Positions 22,765 through 32,325 of a stretch of 64,000 bases of DNA are shown here, one piece after another. Below the pieces are notes generated by a model. That model had not been told where the DNA came from. It was given only the letters and a program-made list of their open reading frames with translations, and searched no databases. Positions within the stretch are counted from its first letter, which is position 1; each line of letters opens with the position of its first letter. The DNA comes from Thermoanaerobaculia bacterium (GTDB taxonomy: Bacteria > Acidobacteriota > Thermoanaerobaculia > UBA5066). The translations under genes and the position numbers were made by a program. The stretch lies in assembly GCA_963719225.1 (NCBI GenBank), contig CAVRAY010000001.1, positions 480,001-544,000 on the forward strand, written 5' to 3'.

Positions 22765-24720
22765 CTAGTCCTCGAGGTACGTGTACTGCGAGAGGATCTG
22801 CTCGAAGTCCTTCGCGATCGCCTTCGCCTCGGGCTCCTTGACCTTCTTGCGCTCGGTGGCGCGCCGCAGCTGGCGCCAGATGCCGTCGAGCAGCTCGTCC
22901 TTGTCGTAGTTCATGTACGAGAGAACGCGCTCGCACGACTCGCCCGGGAGGACGTCCTGGATGCGCGTGCGGCCGTCCTCGTCCACGCTCGCGAGCACCT
23001 CGTGTGCCTCGCCGAAGAGGTTGTGGAGGTCGCCGAGAACGTCCTGGTAGGCCCCGACGAGACAAAACCCGATGTAGTACGGGGTCCCCTTGTGGAACGC
23101 GTGGAGCGGCAGCGCTTCCTTGATGTCCCTGAGGTCGATGAACTTCTCGATCTTGCCGTCCGAATCGCACGTGATGTCGGCGAGCGTCCCGTGCTCGCTG
23201 GGCCTCTCGCGCAACCGGTGGATCGGGAGGATCGGGAAGAGCTGGTCGATCGCCCAGACGTCCGGCAGCGACTGGAAGACCGACATGTTCATGACGTACT
23301 TGTCCGCCAGCATGACCTCGAGCTGCTCGAACTCCTCGGGGATGTCCTTGAGCGTGTGGAGATGCCGCCGGATGCGGTCGCAGATGTTCCAGTAGAGGAT
23401 CTCGCCCTTGCTCCGGTCCTCGAGCGAAACGTACCCGAGATTGAAGAGCGTAAAGAGCTCCTCCTTGTACTGGAGGGCGTCGTGATAGCTCTCGCGCATC
23501 GTCTTCGCCGTGACGCCCTGCCAGACGTCGTACATTTCACGCACGACGTGGTTCTCGTCGCCGTCGAGCTTCACGGTGCGGCCCTGCTCGATTCGGTCCG
23601 CGACGTCGAGGACGTTCGTCACGAGGACCGAGTGATACGCCGTGATGGCTCGCCCCGACTCCGTGACGAGCGTCGGGACCGGGACTTTCTCCTCGTCGCA
23701 GATCGACTTGATCGTGTAGACGATGTCGTTCGCGTACTCCTGCACGGTGTAGTTCATCGAGGAGTCGAACGCCGTCTTGCTGCCGTCGTAGTCCACGCCG
23801 AGCCCGCCGCCGAGGTTCAGGAACTTCACCTCCACGCCCGACCGGTAGAGCTTCGCGTAGACGCGCCCCGCCTCCTTGATTGCCTGCTTGACCTTGCGGA
23901 TGTCCGTGATCTGCGAGCCGATGTGGAAATGGAGCATGACGAGGCTGTCGAGCATCTTGCGGTGGCGGAGGATCTCGACGGCCTCGAGCATCTCGGTCGT
24001 CGTCAGGCCGAATTTCGCCGCCTCGCCGCCCGACTTCGCCCATTTACCCGAGCCGCGCGCGTAGAGCTTGCTGCGCATGCCGATCAGGGGCTTGATGCCG
24101 CGCTTCTTGGCGACGTCGAGGATGCGCTCGAGCTCGGAGACCTTCTCGAGGATGAGGACGACGGTCTTGCCCATCCGGATGCCGTTCAGAGCGAGCCGGA
24201 TGAACGCGTCGTCCTTGTAGCCGTTCGTCGTGATGAGGCAGTCGGAGCCGAGGTCCTGCGAGAGGGCCGCGAGGAGCTCCGGCTTCGATCCCGCCTCGAG
24301 GCCATAGCCGTACTTGCGGCCGGACTGGATGATCTCCTTCACGACGACTTTCTTCTGGTTCACCTTGATCGGGAACACGCCACGAAAGACGCCGTCGTAT
24401 TCGTACTCCTTGATGGCGTGCAGAAAAGCCTCGTTGAGCTCCTTCACGGCGGCGTCGAGGATCTGCGGGAACCGGATCACGACAGGCGTCGAGATGCCGC
24501 GCAGGCCCACGTCGTCGATGACGGACTTGAGATCCACGAAGCGGTGGTTCTCGCGGGTGGGGTGGACCAGGAGGTTTCCTTCCTCCGAGACGGAGAAAAA
24601 ACCCTTGCTCCAGTTCTCGATTCCGTAGAGCTTCTCCGCGTCGGCGAACTTCTCCGGGACGCGGACGCGGGAAGGTTTCGGGGCCCTCGAGCCCCGGGAG
24701 ACTGCGGCGTTGCTCGACAT
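22765..24720 (-). CDS. speA: Biosynthetic arginine decarboxylase
   Basis: FPIKVNQ, GLEAGSKPEL, HFHIGSQI, GGGLGVDYDG, TCDSDG, GAYQDVLGDLHNLFG. Confidence 0.95.
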   Translation of the reverse strand: MSSNAAVSRGSRAPKPSRVRVPEKFADAEKLYGIENWSKGFFSVSEEGNLLVHPTRENHRFVDLKSVIDDVGLRGISTPVVIRFPQILDAAVKELNEAFLHAIKEYEYDGVFRGVFPIKVNQKKVVVKEIIQSGRKYGYGLEAGSKPELLAALSQDLGSDCLITTNGYKDDAFIRLALNGIRMGKTVVLILEKVSELERILDVAKKRGIKPLIGMRSKLYARGSGKWAKSGGEAAKFGLTTTEMLEAVEILRHRKMLDSLVMLHFHIGSQITDIRKVKQAIKEAGRVYAKLYRSGVEVKFLNLGGGLGVDYDGSKTAFDSSMNYTVQEYANDIVYTIKSICDEEKVPVPTLVTESGRAITAYHSVLVTNVLDVADRIEQGRTVKLDGDENHVVREMYDVWQGVTAKTMRESYHDALQYKEELFTLFNLGYVSLEDRSKGEILYWNICDRIRRHLHTLKDIPEEFEQLEVMLADKYVMNMSVFQSLPDVWAIDQLFPILPIHRLRERPSEHGTLADITCDSDGKIEKFIDLRDIKEALPLHAFHKGTPYYIGFCLVGAYQDVLGDLHNLFGEAHEVLASVDEDGRTRIQDVLPGESCERVLSYMNYDKDELLDGIWRQLRRATERKKVKEPEAKAIAKDFEQILSQYTYLED

Positions 24721-24727
24721 CGCGCGA

Positions 24728-24776
24728 ATCTTACGCAGGGAAGGCCGGATGGTGTCGAAAATTTCGGCGGTAGGAT
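24728..24776. promoter_or_regulatory. Back-to-back -10 elements for probably leaderless speA and cobW-like genes
   Basis: TAAGAT (minus, 24728-24733) 7 nt before the speA ATG; TAGGAT (plus, 24771-24776) 8 nt before the cobW GTG. Confidence 0.5.
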
Positions 24777-24784
24777 GACCTCCG

Positions 24785-26194
24785 GTGAAAGTCCCCGTCC
24801 ACATCCTCTCCGGGTTCCTCGGAGTCGGAAAGACGACCGCCGTGAAGGATCTCCTCGGCCGCCGGGCCGATCGCGAGCGGATCGCTGTCGTCGTTAACGA
24901 GTTCGGCACGCTCGGGGTGGACGGAGCGCTCCTGTCGGACTGTGCGAGCTGCATCCTCCGCGAGGTGCCGGGCGGCTGCGTGTGCTGCACCGCGATGGCC
25001 GACCTCGAGGCATCGCTGGAGGAGATCTCGGACCTCGTGGCGCCGACGCGCTTCGTCGTGGAGCCGACGGGGCTCGCCAAGCCGTCCGAGCTCGTCGACC
25101 TCCTGCGAGGCGCGCGTTGGGCGAGCCGGTTCGACGTGAGGCCGGTGATCACGCTCCTCGACCCGCAGCAGGACCCGGCGAAGGCCTATGCGGAGAGCGC
25201 GCTGTTCCGCGACCAGGTGGACGCGGGCGACATTCTGGTGGTCAATCGGTGCGACGTGGCGTCGGAAGAAGAGATTCTTCGAGTGGAAGAGTGGGCCCGG
25301 GCGTTGGCACCGCCGAAGCTTCGAATCGTCAGGGCGTCGTACGGAGTCCTTCCCGACGAGATCTGGGACCTCGAGCGGCGGACGCCGGCGCCCGCCACGG
25401 CTCTCCTTGTTTCGAGCGCCTCGCACCCGCACCCTCGTAGAGATTTCTTAGAAGGGTATGTGAGCCGCGGCGTCGCCCAGCCGCCGGAGCGAATCTTCGA
25501 TGCGGATCGACTCCTTTCCGCTCTGGAGTCGCTGCGAGCCGGACGGCTGACTCGAGGCCGCGTCGCCCGCACCAAAGGCCTCTTTCACACGACGGCCGGC
25601 TGGCGCCTCCACGAGATCGCGGGCGGGAGGCTCTCGACCGCACCGACGTCCTGGCGGCGCGACAGCCGCGTGGACGTGATCCTGAAGGACCCGAAGACGG
25701 GGGAGGGAGAGGGAGATTTCTTCGAATGGGAAAGAGCGCTGACGGATGCGCTGGTGCCCGCCGATGCACCACTTCTGATGCTGGAAGACGGCGCCGGGGC
25801 GATGCGCGCATACGACCCAAGAGGCTTCGAAGCCCTGTCGCATTACCTTTCAAAGAAAATCTTTTCTTCCTCTTCCTCTTCCTCTTCCTCTTCCTCTCCC
25901 GCGCCTTCGCTCAACGCCTTTCGCCTTGGTGACGTGATGGCCCACGCCGGCCTCGCTCGCGAAGCGGACTGGATGTGGCTCGTCATGGACTCCGGCCTCT
26001 TCGGCGTCGGCGGGCCGCGCCACGTCCTCGAGAACGGGATCGTGTTCCCAGGAGCCGACGGTTTCCGCTTCGTCCTGCCGGACGACGCGGCACGGGGCTC
26101 CGAGGACGACGTCGACGCCTGCCGGGACCTCACGAACGTCTGCGGCGTTCGCCTCGCCGAGGCGCCGGGGGCGGCCGAAGGGCCACCGGCGTGA
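24785..26194 (+). CDS. CobW/COG0523 metallochaperone GTPase with extra C-terminal domain
   Basis: SGFLGVGKTT, NEFG, GGCVCC, EPTGLA, CobW_C-like RTKGLF; poly-Ser linker then about 100 aa of unknown function. Confidence 0.88.
   Translation: MKVPVHILSGFLGVGKTTAVKDLLGRRADRERIAVVVNEFGTLGVDGALLSDCASCILREVPGGCVCCTAMADLEASLEEISDLVAPTRFVVEPTGLAKPSELVDLLRGARWASRFDVRPVITLLDPQQDPAKAYAESALFRDQVDAGDILVVNRCDVASEEEILRVEEWARALAPPKLRIVRASYGVLPDEIWDLERRTPAPATALLVSSASHPHPRRDFLEGYVSRGVAQPPERIFDADRLLSALESLRAGRLTRGRVARTKGLFHTTAGWRLHEIAGGRLSTAPTSWRRDSRVDVILKDPKTGEGEGDFFEWERALTDALVPADAPLLMLEDGAGAMRAYDPRGFEALSHYLSKKIFSSSSSSSSSSSPAPSLNAFRLGDVMAHAGLAREADWMWLVMDSGLFGVGGPRHVLENGIVFPGADGFRFVLPDDAARGSEDDVDACRDLTNVCGVRLAEAPGAAEGPPA
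25865..25897 (+). repeat. (TCTTCC)5TCT microsatellite encoding Ser11
   Basis: Read directly; in frame within the cobW-like gene. Confidence 0.9.
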
Positions 26195-27312
26195 CGAAGC
26201 GCGGGCGGCGTGCGCCTCGGCGCGGCGCCGGCGACAGCTCGAGCCCGGGCGCGACGTCGAAGCGAGGCCTGCTCCTCTACGGCGCGAACGGCTACACGGG
26301 AAAGCTCATCCTGGACGTCGCGCTCCGTGAGGGGCTCCGTCCCGTCCTGGCGGGTCGCCGCGCGGACGCCGTCGAGCCGATCGCGAAAGCACACTCTCTT
26401 CAGAGCCTGTGCTTCCCGCTGGACGACCCCGAGTTGATGTCGCGCCTCCTCGAGCCGTTCTCCGCGCTCCTGCTCGCGGCGGGCCCGTTCTCGAGGACGA
26501 GCGCTCCGGCCCTCGAGGCCTGCCTGCGCTCGAAGACCTCGTATCTCGACATCACGGGCGAGGTGGACGTCTTCGAATCCGTCTTCGCGCGCGACGCGGA
26601 CGCGAAGAAGGCGGGAATCGCGGTGCTTCCCGGAACCGGTTTCGACGTCGTGCCCTCGGACTGCCTCGCGAAGGCTTTGTCCGAGGAGCTGCCAGGCACC
26701 ACGACGCTCACGCTCGCGTTCCGCGGCTTCAAGTCGAGCGCGGGCACGATGAAGACGGTGGTCGAGAGCCTTCCGAAGGGAGGGCTCGCGCGCGTGGACG
26801 GCTCTCTCGTGCGGGTGCCCGCGGCCTGGAAGACCATGGAGGTTCCTTTCACAGACAAGCCGCGCCTCGCGATGACGATCCCCTGGGGCGATCTCTCGAC
26901 CGCGTTCCGCTCCACGGGGATTCCGAACATCGAGGTTTACATGGCCGTCCCGCCCTCGGCCGTCTCGAGCGCGCGGCGGATGCGCCCGTTCGCGAAGTTC
27001 CTGGGCCTGCCCTTCGTCCAAACGTTCCTCATGCGGCGAATCGAGAGGCGCGTCGTCGGCCCCACGGCGGAAGAGCGCCAGCGCGAGCGCTCCTTCCTGT
27101 GGGGGCGTGTCACGAACGGGACGCGCTCCCTCACGGCCACGCTCGAGACGCCGGAGGGCTACGCGCTCACGGCCGAGACGAGCGTCGCGATCGCGAGGCG
27201 CGTCCTCGAAGGCGGCGTCTCGCCCGGCGTCCACACGCCTTCCCAGGCCTTCGGCGCCCGCTTCATCGAGGCCATTCCGGGGACGAACCTGAGGATCGGC
27301 GACGCCGTCTGA
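26191..27312 (+). CDS. Saccharopine dehydrogenase-like oxidoreductase
   Basis: YGANGYTG, LAGRR, AGPFS, YLDITGE, GFDVVPSD; GTGA overlap. Confidence 0.87.
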   Translation: MTKRGRRAPRRGAGDSSSPGATSKRGLLLYGANGYTGKLILDVALREGLRPVLAGRRADAVEPIAKAHSLQSLCFPLDDPELMSRLLEPFSALLLAAGPFSRTSAPALEACLRSKTSYLDITGEVDVFESVFARDADAKKAGIAVLPGTGFDVVPSDCLAKALSEELPGTTTLTLAFRGFKSSAGTMKTVVESLPKGGLARVDGSLVRVPAAWKTMEVPFTDKPRLAMTIPWGDLSTAFRSTGIPNIEVYMAVPPSAVSSARRMRPFAKFLGLPFVQTFLMRRIERRVVGPTAEERQRERSFLWGRVTNGTRSLTATLETPEGYALTAETSVAIARRVLEGGVSPGVHTPSQAFGARFIEAIPGTNLRIGDAV

Positions 27313-27469
27313 GCGAGGGGAGGCGCAGGGAGAAGGGCGAAGGCAGCGAGAAGGCGAACGGTCGATTTCTTCATGGATCCCTCCCTGGCCCGGGCGAAAA
27401 GCGGCCCGGAACGTCAGAAGGGCCGGCCGCCGAGAAGTCCAGGGGCGAGGCGCCGAAGGGCGCGTCCCG

Positions 27470-27873
27470 ATGAGCGCGATCCGGAACGTCTGGCGGCTCG
27501 TGTCCGTCGTCCTGCCGATCGTCCTGACGAGCCTCTTCAGCCTGTTACGGTCTCGCAGGTGCGCGAGAAGGCGCAGACGCTGCGGGGAGCCTCGGTGGAC
27601 GAGGCGGGTCTCGACACGAGCGTGAGCGCGCTCTACCGCTCGTACGCGAACAACTCGATCTTCCTGACGCGTGACCTCGAGCAGCGCCTGCGCGACCTCT
27701 GGACCCACAGCCTCACGATCCTCCGCGGCGACAAGGTCTCGAAGGCGGACGCCGAGAAGATCGTCGAAGGCATCGCCCGGATCGAGGAGCAGATGCGCCG
27801 GGACCTTCTCATCGACGAGCTCACGGCCGAGCAGAAGCTCCTCCAGCAGCCCGCGGCGGCCCCGGTACGGTGA
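27470..27873 (+). pseudogene. Membrane-anchored helical hypothetical protein, probably frameshifted near 27546
   Basis: ATG 27470 gives hydrophobic MSAIRNVWRLVSVVLPIVLTSLFSL; the coding-like continuation TVSQVREKAQ... is in the -1 frame. Confidence 0.5.
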
Positions 27874-27917
27874 GACCGAGGCTCGACGGAAGGGCCGTGA
27901 CTCGCTAGTCTCTCCGT

Positions 27918-29069
27918 GTGACGCCCGTCCGCCTCGCCGTCCGCCACGTGACGAGCCGTCCTTTGAGGAGCGCCCTCACGGTCGTCGCGATCGGCCTCTC
28001 CGCCGGGCTCGTCGGGTTCCTCTACCTCGTGAACGGAGCGCTCAAGAACGACTGGTCCGAGAACATGGGCCGCCGCGCCATGGTCATGGCGAAGTCGTCG
28101 TTCTTCGAGAAGCTTCCGATGGCGTACCTCGCGAAGATCGAGGACGTCCCGGGCATCCAGCGCGTCTGCCCGTTCGACTTCCTCATGGCGTTCTGGCAGA
28201 ACGACCGGCCCGAGAACCAGGTCCCTTTCCAGGCCGCGCCGACGGACGCGTTCCTCGAGGTCTACATGGAGGCGAAGATCCCGCCCGACCAGGTCGCCGC
28301 TTGGAGAGCCGATCCGACGGGCAGCGTGATCGGCCCGATCCTCGCGAAGCAGCACAAGTGGAAGATTGGCGACCGCATCGTCCTCAAGGCGCCCATCCCG
28401 GGGGGCGTCATCGAGACGACGATCCGGGCGGTCATGACGTACAAGCTCGACAACGGGCTCTACGTCCACAGGAAGTACTACGAGAACCTGACGGGTGACT
28501 CGGGCCAGGTCGGGATGTATTGGATCCTCGCGAAGTCGCGCAACGACGTGCCGAAGATCACTGCCGAGATCGAGCGCCGGCTCGAGAACGCGCCCGTCCC
28601 GATCCGCGCGATGAGCGAGAAGCAGTGGCAGCTCATGTTCATGGAGATGCTCGGGAACGTGCAGGCGCTTCTCGGCGGGATCGGCCTCGCGACGGCGTTC
28701 ACGCTCTTCCTCATCACGAGCAACACGCTCGCGATGTCGGCCCGCGAGAGGCGGAGCGAGGCGGCTCTCCTGAGGGTCCTCGGCTTTCCCCGCAAGACGG
28801 TCCTCCAGCTCCTCGTCCTCGAGGGGGCGTTCTTCGGGGCCGCGGGAGCGATCCTGGCCGTCGGGTTCATGACGCTCTTCGCGCGGATCATCGAAAAAGC
28901 TCTCATCGAGACGCAGTGGGCGGGAATCGGCGCCCTCCTCCAGGCGGACGCGACGATGATCGCGGTCGTGGGCTCCCTCTCCCTCCTCGTCGCGGTCGCC
29001 TCCTCGCTCGTGCCGGCCATCAACCTGTCGCGCCGGCCCGTCGTGAGCCTCGCGCGTGAGGCGGCCTAG
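27918..29069 (+). CDS. FtsX/MacB-family ABC permease
   Basis: RSALTVVAIG, periplasmic domain, NTLAMSARERRSEAALLRVLGF. Confidence 0.88.
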   Translation: MTPVRLAVRHVTSRPLRSALTVVAIGLSAGLVGFLYLVNGALKNDWSENMGRRAMVMAKSSFFEKLPMAYLAKIEDVPGIQRVCPFDFLMAFWQNDRPENQVPFQAAPTDAFLEVYMEAKIPPDQVAAWRADPTGSVIGPILAKQHKWKIGDRIVLKAPIPGGVIETTIRAVMTYKLDNGLYVHRKYYENLTGDSGQVGMYWILAKSRNDVPKITAEIERRLENAPVPIRAMSEKQWQLMFMEMLGNVQALLGGIGLATAFTLFLITSNTLAMSARERRSEAALLRVLGFPRKTVLQLLVLEGAFFGAAGAILAVGFMTLFARIIEKALIETQWAGIGALLQADATMIAVVGSLSLLVAVASSLVPAINLSRRPVVSLAREAA

Positions 29070-29132
29070 GCCGCTCCCGCGGGATCGACCAGGCGAGTCA
29101 ACCCGGTGTCCTCTGCACACGTCTCTCTCGTC

Positions 29133-32100
29133 ATGTCCCGCATCGTGCTCCTCGGCGCTCTCCTGTCTCTTTCGGGTGCCGCGTGGGCGGCGACGCTGTA
29201 CCTCCCCGGCGTCGCGAACACGCTCGGACAGAACGGGACGCGCTTCGAGTCGAGCGTCTTCGTCGTCAATCCCGGCGCTCGCGACACCGTCGTCACGTTC
29301 GCGCTCGTGCCGGCCTCCAGCGTGCCGGCTCCGGGTCCGGTGGCGCGGACGCTGGGCCCCGGCGAATCGCTCGCGTTCTCGAACGCGCTCGCCGAGCTCT
29401 TCGCCCTCGAAGGGACGTTCGGGACGCTCGTGGTCTCGTCCGACGAGCCGCTCGTCCTGCGCGGGACGACGGCGAACGTGAGGGATCCGGCCGCGACCTA
29501 TGGCGTCGGGCTTTCCGCCGTGGATTCCGACGCGACGCTCCTGCCTGGCGAGACGGGACATGCGATCTGGCTCTCGAGCTCTTTGGATCTCTCGCGGGGC
29601 TATCGGACGAACGTGAACGTCTCGCTCCTCACTCCCGACAGCGAGGTCGTCGTCACGCTCTGGGACGATTCGGGCTTCGTGCGCGGCTCGGCGCGGGTCG
29701 CTTCGGCCGTTCCCGTCACGTGGCAGGCCGCCACGGCCGACCTCGCGGGCGATCCCGATCTCGCAAAAGGCCGCGTGACGATCGAAGTCCTCCGAGGCAG
29801 GGCCATCGGTTACACGGCCGTCGTCGACAACGTCACAGGCGACGGCATCGCGGTTTCCGCCGTGCGTGTGCCGTTCGGGCCGGGCGAGATCCTCCTGGAC
29901 GGCGCCGCCCGGGCGTCCGGACTGAACGGAACTCACTGGTCGACGGACCTCCGTCTCTTCAACCCCGGGCTCGGGCCGCTCGCCGTGACGCTCGAGCCGG
30001 TCGGACTTCCCGGCTCCCCGCTGACGATCACGCTCGCGCCGCGCGCTCTCGTCGAGATCGGCGACGTCCTGGGAGCCGGCGGCTTCGGGTTGAGCGAGGG
30101 CGTCGCGGGCGCGATCCGGCTCAGGGCTCCCACCCCCTTTCTCGTCGCCGGACGGACACGCAACTCGGATCCGACCCTTTCCCGACCCGGCGGTTTCAGC
30201 GCGGAGCTCCGGCCCGTTGCCTGGACGTCAGGCCTGACGTCCGCTGGCCGCGAAGCGATCCTCCCGGGGCTCTCGCATTCCGGTTCGACGCCGGGATTCC
30301 GCACGAACGTGGCTCTGCTCGGCGGTCCGGCGGGCGCGACCGGCCGGCTCGTCCTGCGCGACGTCGCGGGGGGAATGGTCGCGACGAGGGCGTTCACGCT
30401 CGGGCCTTCCGAGTGGCGTCAGCAGAGCCTTCCTGCGTGGTTCGGAACGCCCGGTACCGCCATGGGGTCACGAGTCGACCTCGCCGTCGAGACGGGAGCC
30501 GCGGACGCGTACGCGAGCGTCATCGACAACGTCACCGGAGACGCCGCCGTCGCTCCGGCGCTTCCGAGGCCGCCGCCGTGTGCTCTTCCGTCGATCGCAG
30601 TCGTTTCGGCTTCACCGCAGCCGTCGCCTCCCGGCCAGGCGGTGACGCTTCTTCTCTCGGCCGGTGGTGCGACGTCCGTCCGCGTCGAGCCCGGGGGCCT
30701 CGTGCCGGGGGCCGGCGGCGCGGTGACGGTGGCTCCGTCCGTCACGACGACGTACCGCCTCTTTGCCCAGAACGCTTGCGGGACCGCGACGGCGGCCTTC
30801 ACGCTCGAGGTCGCGTCCGCGCCGGCCGTCGTCGCGACCGCGAGCGGCGCGGTCCGCGGCACGATTGCCGGCGGCGCTGCCGTCTACATGGGTATTCCGT
30901 ACGCCGCGCCCCCGCTCGGGCCGCTGCGCCTCAGGCCTCCCGTCGCCTCGGAGCCCTGGAGCACCGTCCGCGATGCGACCCGCTTCGGAAACGTCTGCAC
31001 GCAGCTCGGCAACTTCGGTCAGGTCGTGGGGGCGGAAGACTGTCTCTTTCTGAACGTCTGGGCGCCCGCGATGCGTCCTCCCGCACCTGCTCCCGTTCTC
31101 TTCTGGATCCACGGCGGGGGAAACGTGCAGGGCGCGGGCTCCCTCGCGGTCTACGACGGGCAGGCCTTCGTGGAGCAGAACGGCCTCGTGGTCGTCACGC
31201 TCAATTACCGGCTCGGCGCCCTCGGGTTCCTCGCGCACCCGTCGCTCGACCGCGAAAGCGCGCGGGGCGTGTCGGGGAATTACGGCCTCCTCGACCAGGT
31301 CGCGGCGCTCGAGTGGGTCCGCCGCAACATCGCGGCCTTCGGCGGCGATCCGTCACGCGTGCTCATCGCCGGGGAGTCGGCGGGGGCGGTGGACGTGTGC
31401 TCCCTCGTGGCCTCGCCGCTCGGGAAGGGGCTTTTTGCGCGCGCCCTCATGGAAAGCGGAGGCTGCTCCCAGCCGCTGCTCTCCGCGGCGGAGGCATTCG
31501 GCCAGACCATCGTCGAAGCCGCGGAGTGCGCGGCCGCACCCGACGTTCCCGTGTGCCTGCGCGTCCTTGGCGCCGGAGCACTCACGTCCGCGGTGCCGCC
31601 GCAGTCGAACGTGTCCTCGAGCTCGGGGCAGGTCTACGGCCCGAACGTGGACGGTTTCGCTCTCGGCGCGTCGCCCCTGAGCGCCCTCCTGTCGGGCGCG
31701 CAGCATCGCGTTCCCTTCCTCATCGGGGCGAACGCGGACGAGACCGCCCTCGATGCCCCCGCTCTGCCGACGGACGCCGCGTACCAGGCCGCCATCCTCG
31801 CGCAGTTCGGCGGGATTCTCGGTCCGCGGATCCTCGCGCAATACCCGTCGAGCGCGTTCCCTTCGCCCGAGAAGGCTTACGTCTCCGTGACGACCGACGC
31901 GCGTTTCGTGTGTCCGTCGCGGCGGATCGCACGCGCCGCGGCCGGCAGCCAGTCCGAGCCCGTCTTCCGGTATTTCTTCACGAAGTCGCTGGATTCCACG
32001 GCGGCCGCGTCGCTGGGGGCCTACCACTCCCTGGAGCTCCCGTTCGTTTTCGGCACGCTCGGGAACTTCCCGGGTTTCACGCCGTCCGCGCGCGAACTCG

Positions 32101-32297
32101 CGCTCTCGGGCGCGATGAACGCTTACTGGGCCCGCTTCGCCGCGAACGGGGATCCGAACGGCGCGGGGGTGACTCCCTGGCCGCGCTACGACCCGGCCGT
32201 CGATCCGTTTCTCGACCTCGACAACACGATCTTCTCCGGCGCGGGGGTCCGCACGGCGCGCTGCGACTTCTGGGACGCGCTCGTGGCCCCGCCATGA
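29133..32297 (+). CDS. Secreted multidomain protein: tandem beta-repeat scaffold + type-B carboxylesterase
   Basis: Signal peptide; repeats with GxNGT, YRTNV, ASVIDNVTGD; GIPYAAPP, EDCLFLNVW, WIHGGG, GESAG, NADE, YHSLE. Confidence 0.88.
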   Translation: MSRIVLLGALLSLSGAAWAATLYLPGVANTLGQNGTRFESSVFVVNPGARDTVVTFALVPASSVPAPGPVARTLGPGESLAFSNALAELFALEGTFGTLVVSSDEPLVLRGTTANVRDPAATYGVGLSAVDSDATLLPGETGHAIWLSSSLDLSRGYRTNVNVSLLTPDSEVVVTLWDDSGFVRGSARVASAVPVTWQAATADLAGDPDLAKGRVTIEVLRGRAIGYTAVVDNVTGDGIAVSAVRVPFGPGEILLDGAARASGLNGTHWSTDLRLFNPGLGPLAVTLEPVGLPGSPLTITLAPRALVEIGDVLGAGGFGLSEGVAGAIRLRAPTPFLVAGRTRNSDPTLSRPGGFSAELRPVAWTSGLTSAGREAILPGLSHSGSTPGFRTNVALLGGPAGATGRLVLRDVAGGMVATRAFTLGPSEWRQQSLPAWFGTPGTAMGSRVDLAVETGAADAYASVIDNVTGDAAVAPALPRPPPCALPSIAVVSASPQPSPPGQAVTLLLSAGGATSVRVEPGGLVPGAGGAVTVAPSVTTTYRLFAQNACGTATAAFTLEVASAPAVVATASGAVRGTIAGGAAVYMGIPYAAPPLGPLRLRPPVASEPWSTVRDATRFGNVCTQLGNFGQVVGAEDCLFLNVWAPAMRPPAPAPVLFWIHGGGNVQGAGSLAVYDGQAFVEQNGLVVVTLNYRLGALGFLAHPSLDRESARGVSGNYGLLDQVAALEWVRRNIAAFGGDPSRVLIAGESAGAVDVCSLVASPLGKGLFARALMESGGCSQPLLSAAEAFGQTIVEAAECAAAPDVPVCLRVLGAGALTSAVPPQSNVSSSSGQVYGPNVDGFALGASPLSALLSGAQHRVPFLIGANADETALDAPALPTDAAYQAAILAQFGGILGPRILAQYPSSAFPSPEKAYVSVTTDARFVCPSRRIARAAAGSQSEPVFRYFFTKSLDSTAAASLGAYHSLELPFVFGTLGNFPGFTPSARELALSGAMNAYWARFAANGDPNGAGVTPWPRYDPAVDPFLDLDNTIFSGAGVRTARCDFWDALVAPP

Positions 32298-32325
32298 TCC
32301 CCGGTCCTCGCGACATAATCCCCCC

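Noticed and set aside
24766-24777. GGCGGTAGGATG matches the RfaH ops consensus GGCGGTAGnnTG
   Set aside because: It is not upstream of the polysaccharide operon and is better explained as a TAGGAT -10 box for the cobW-like gene.
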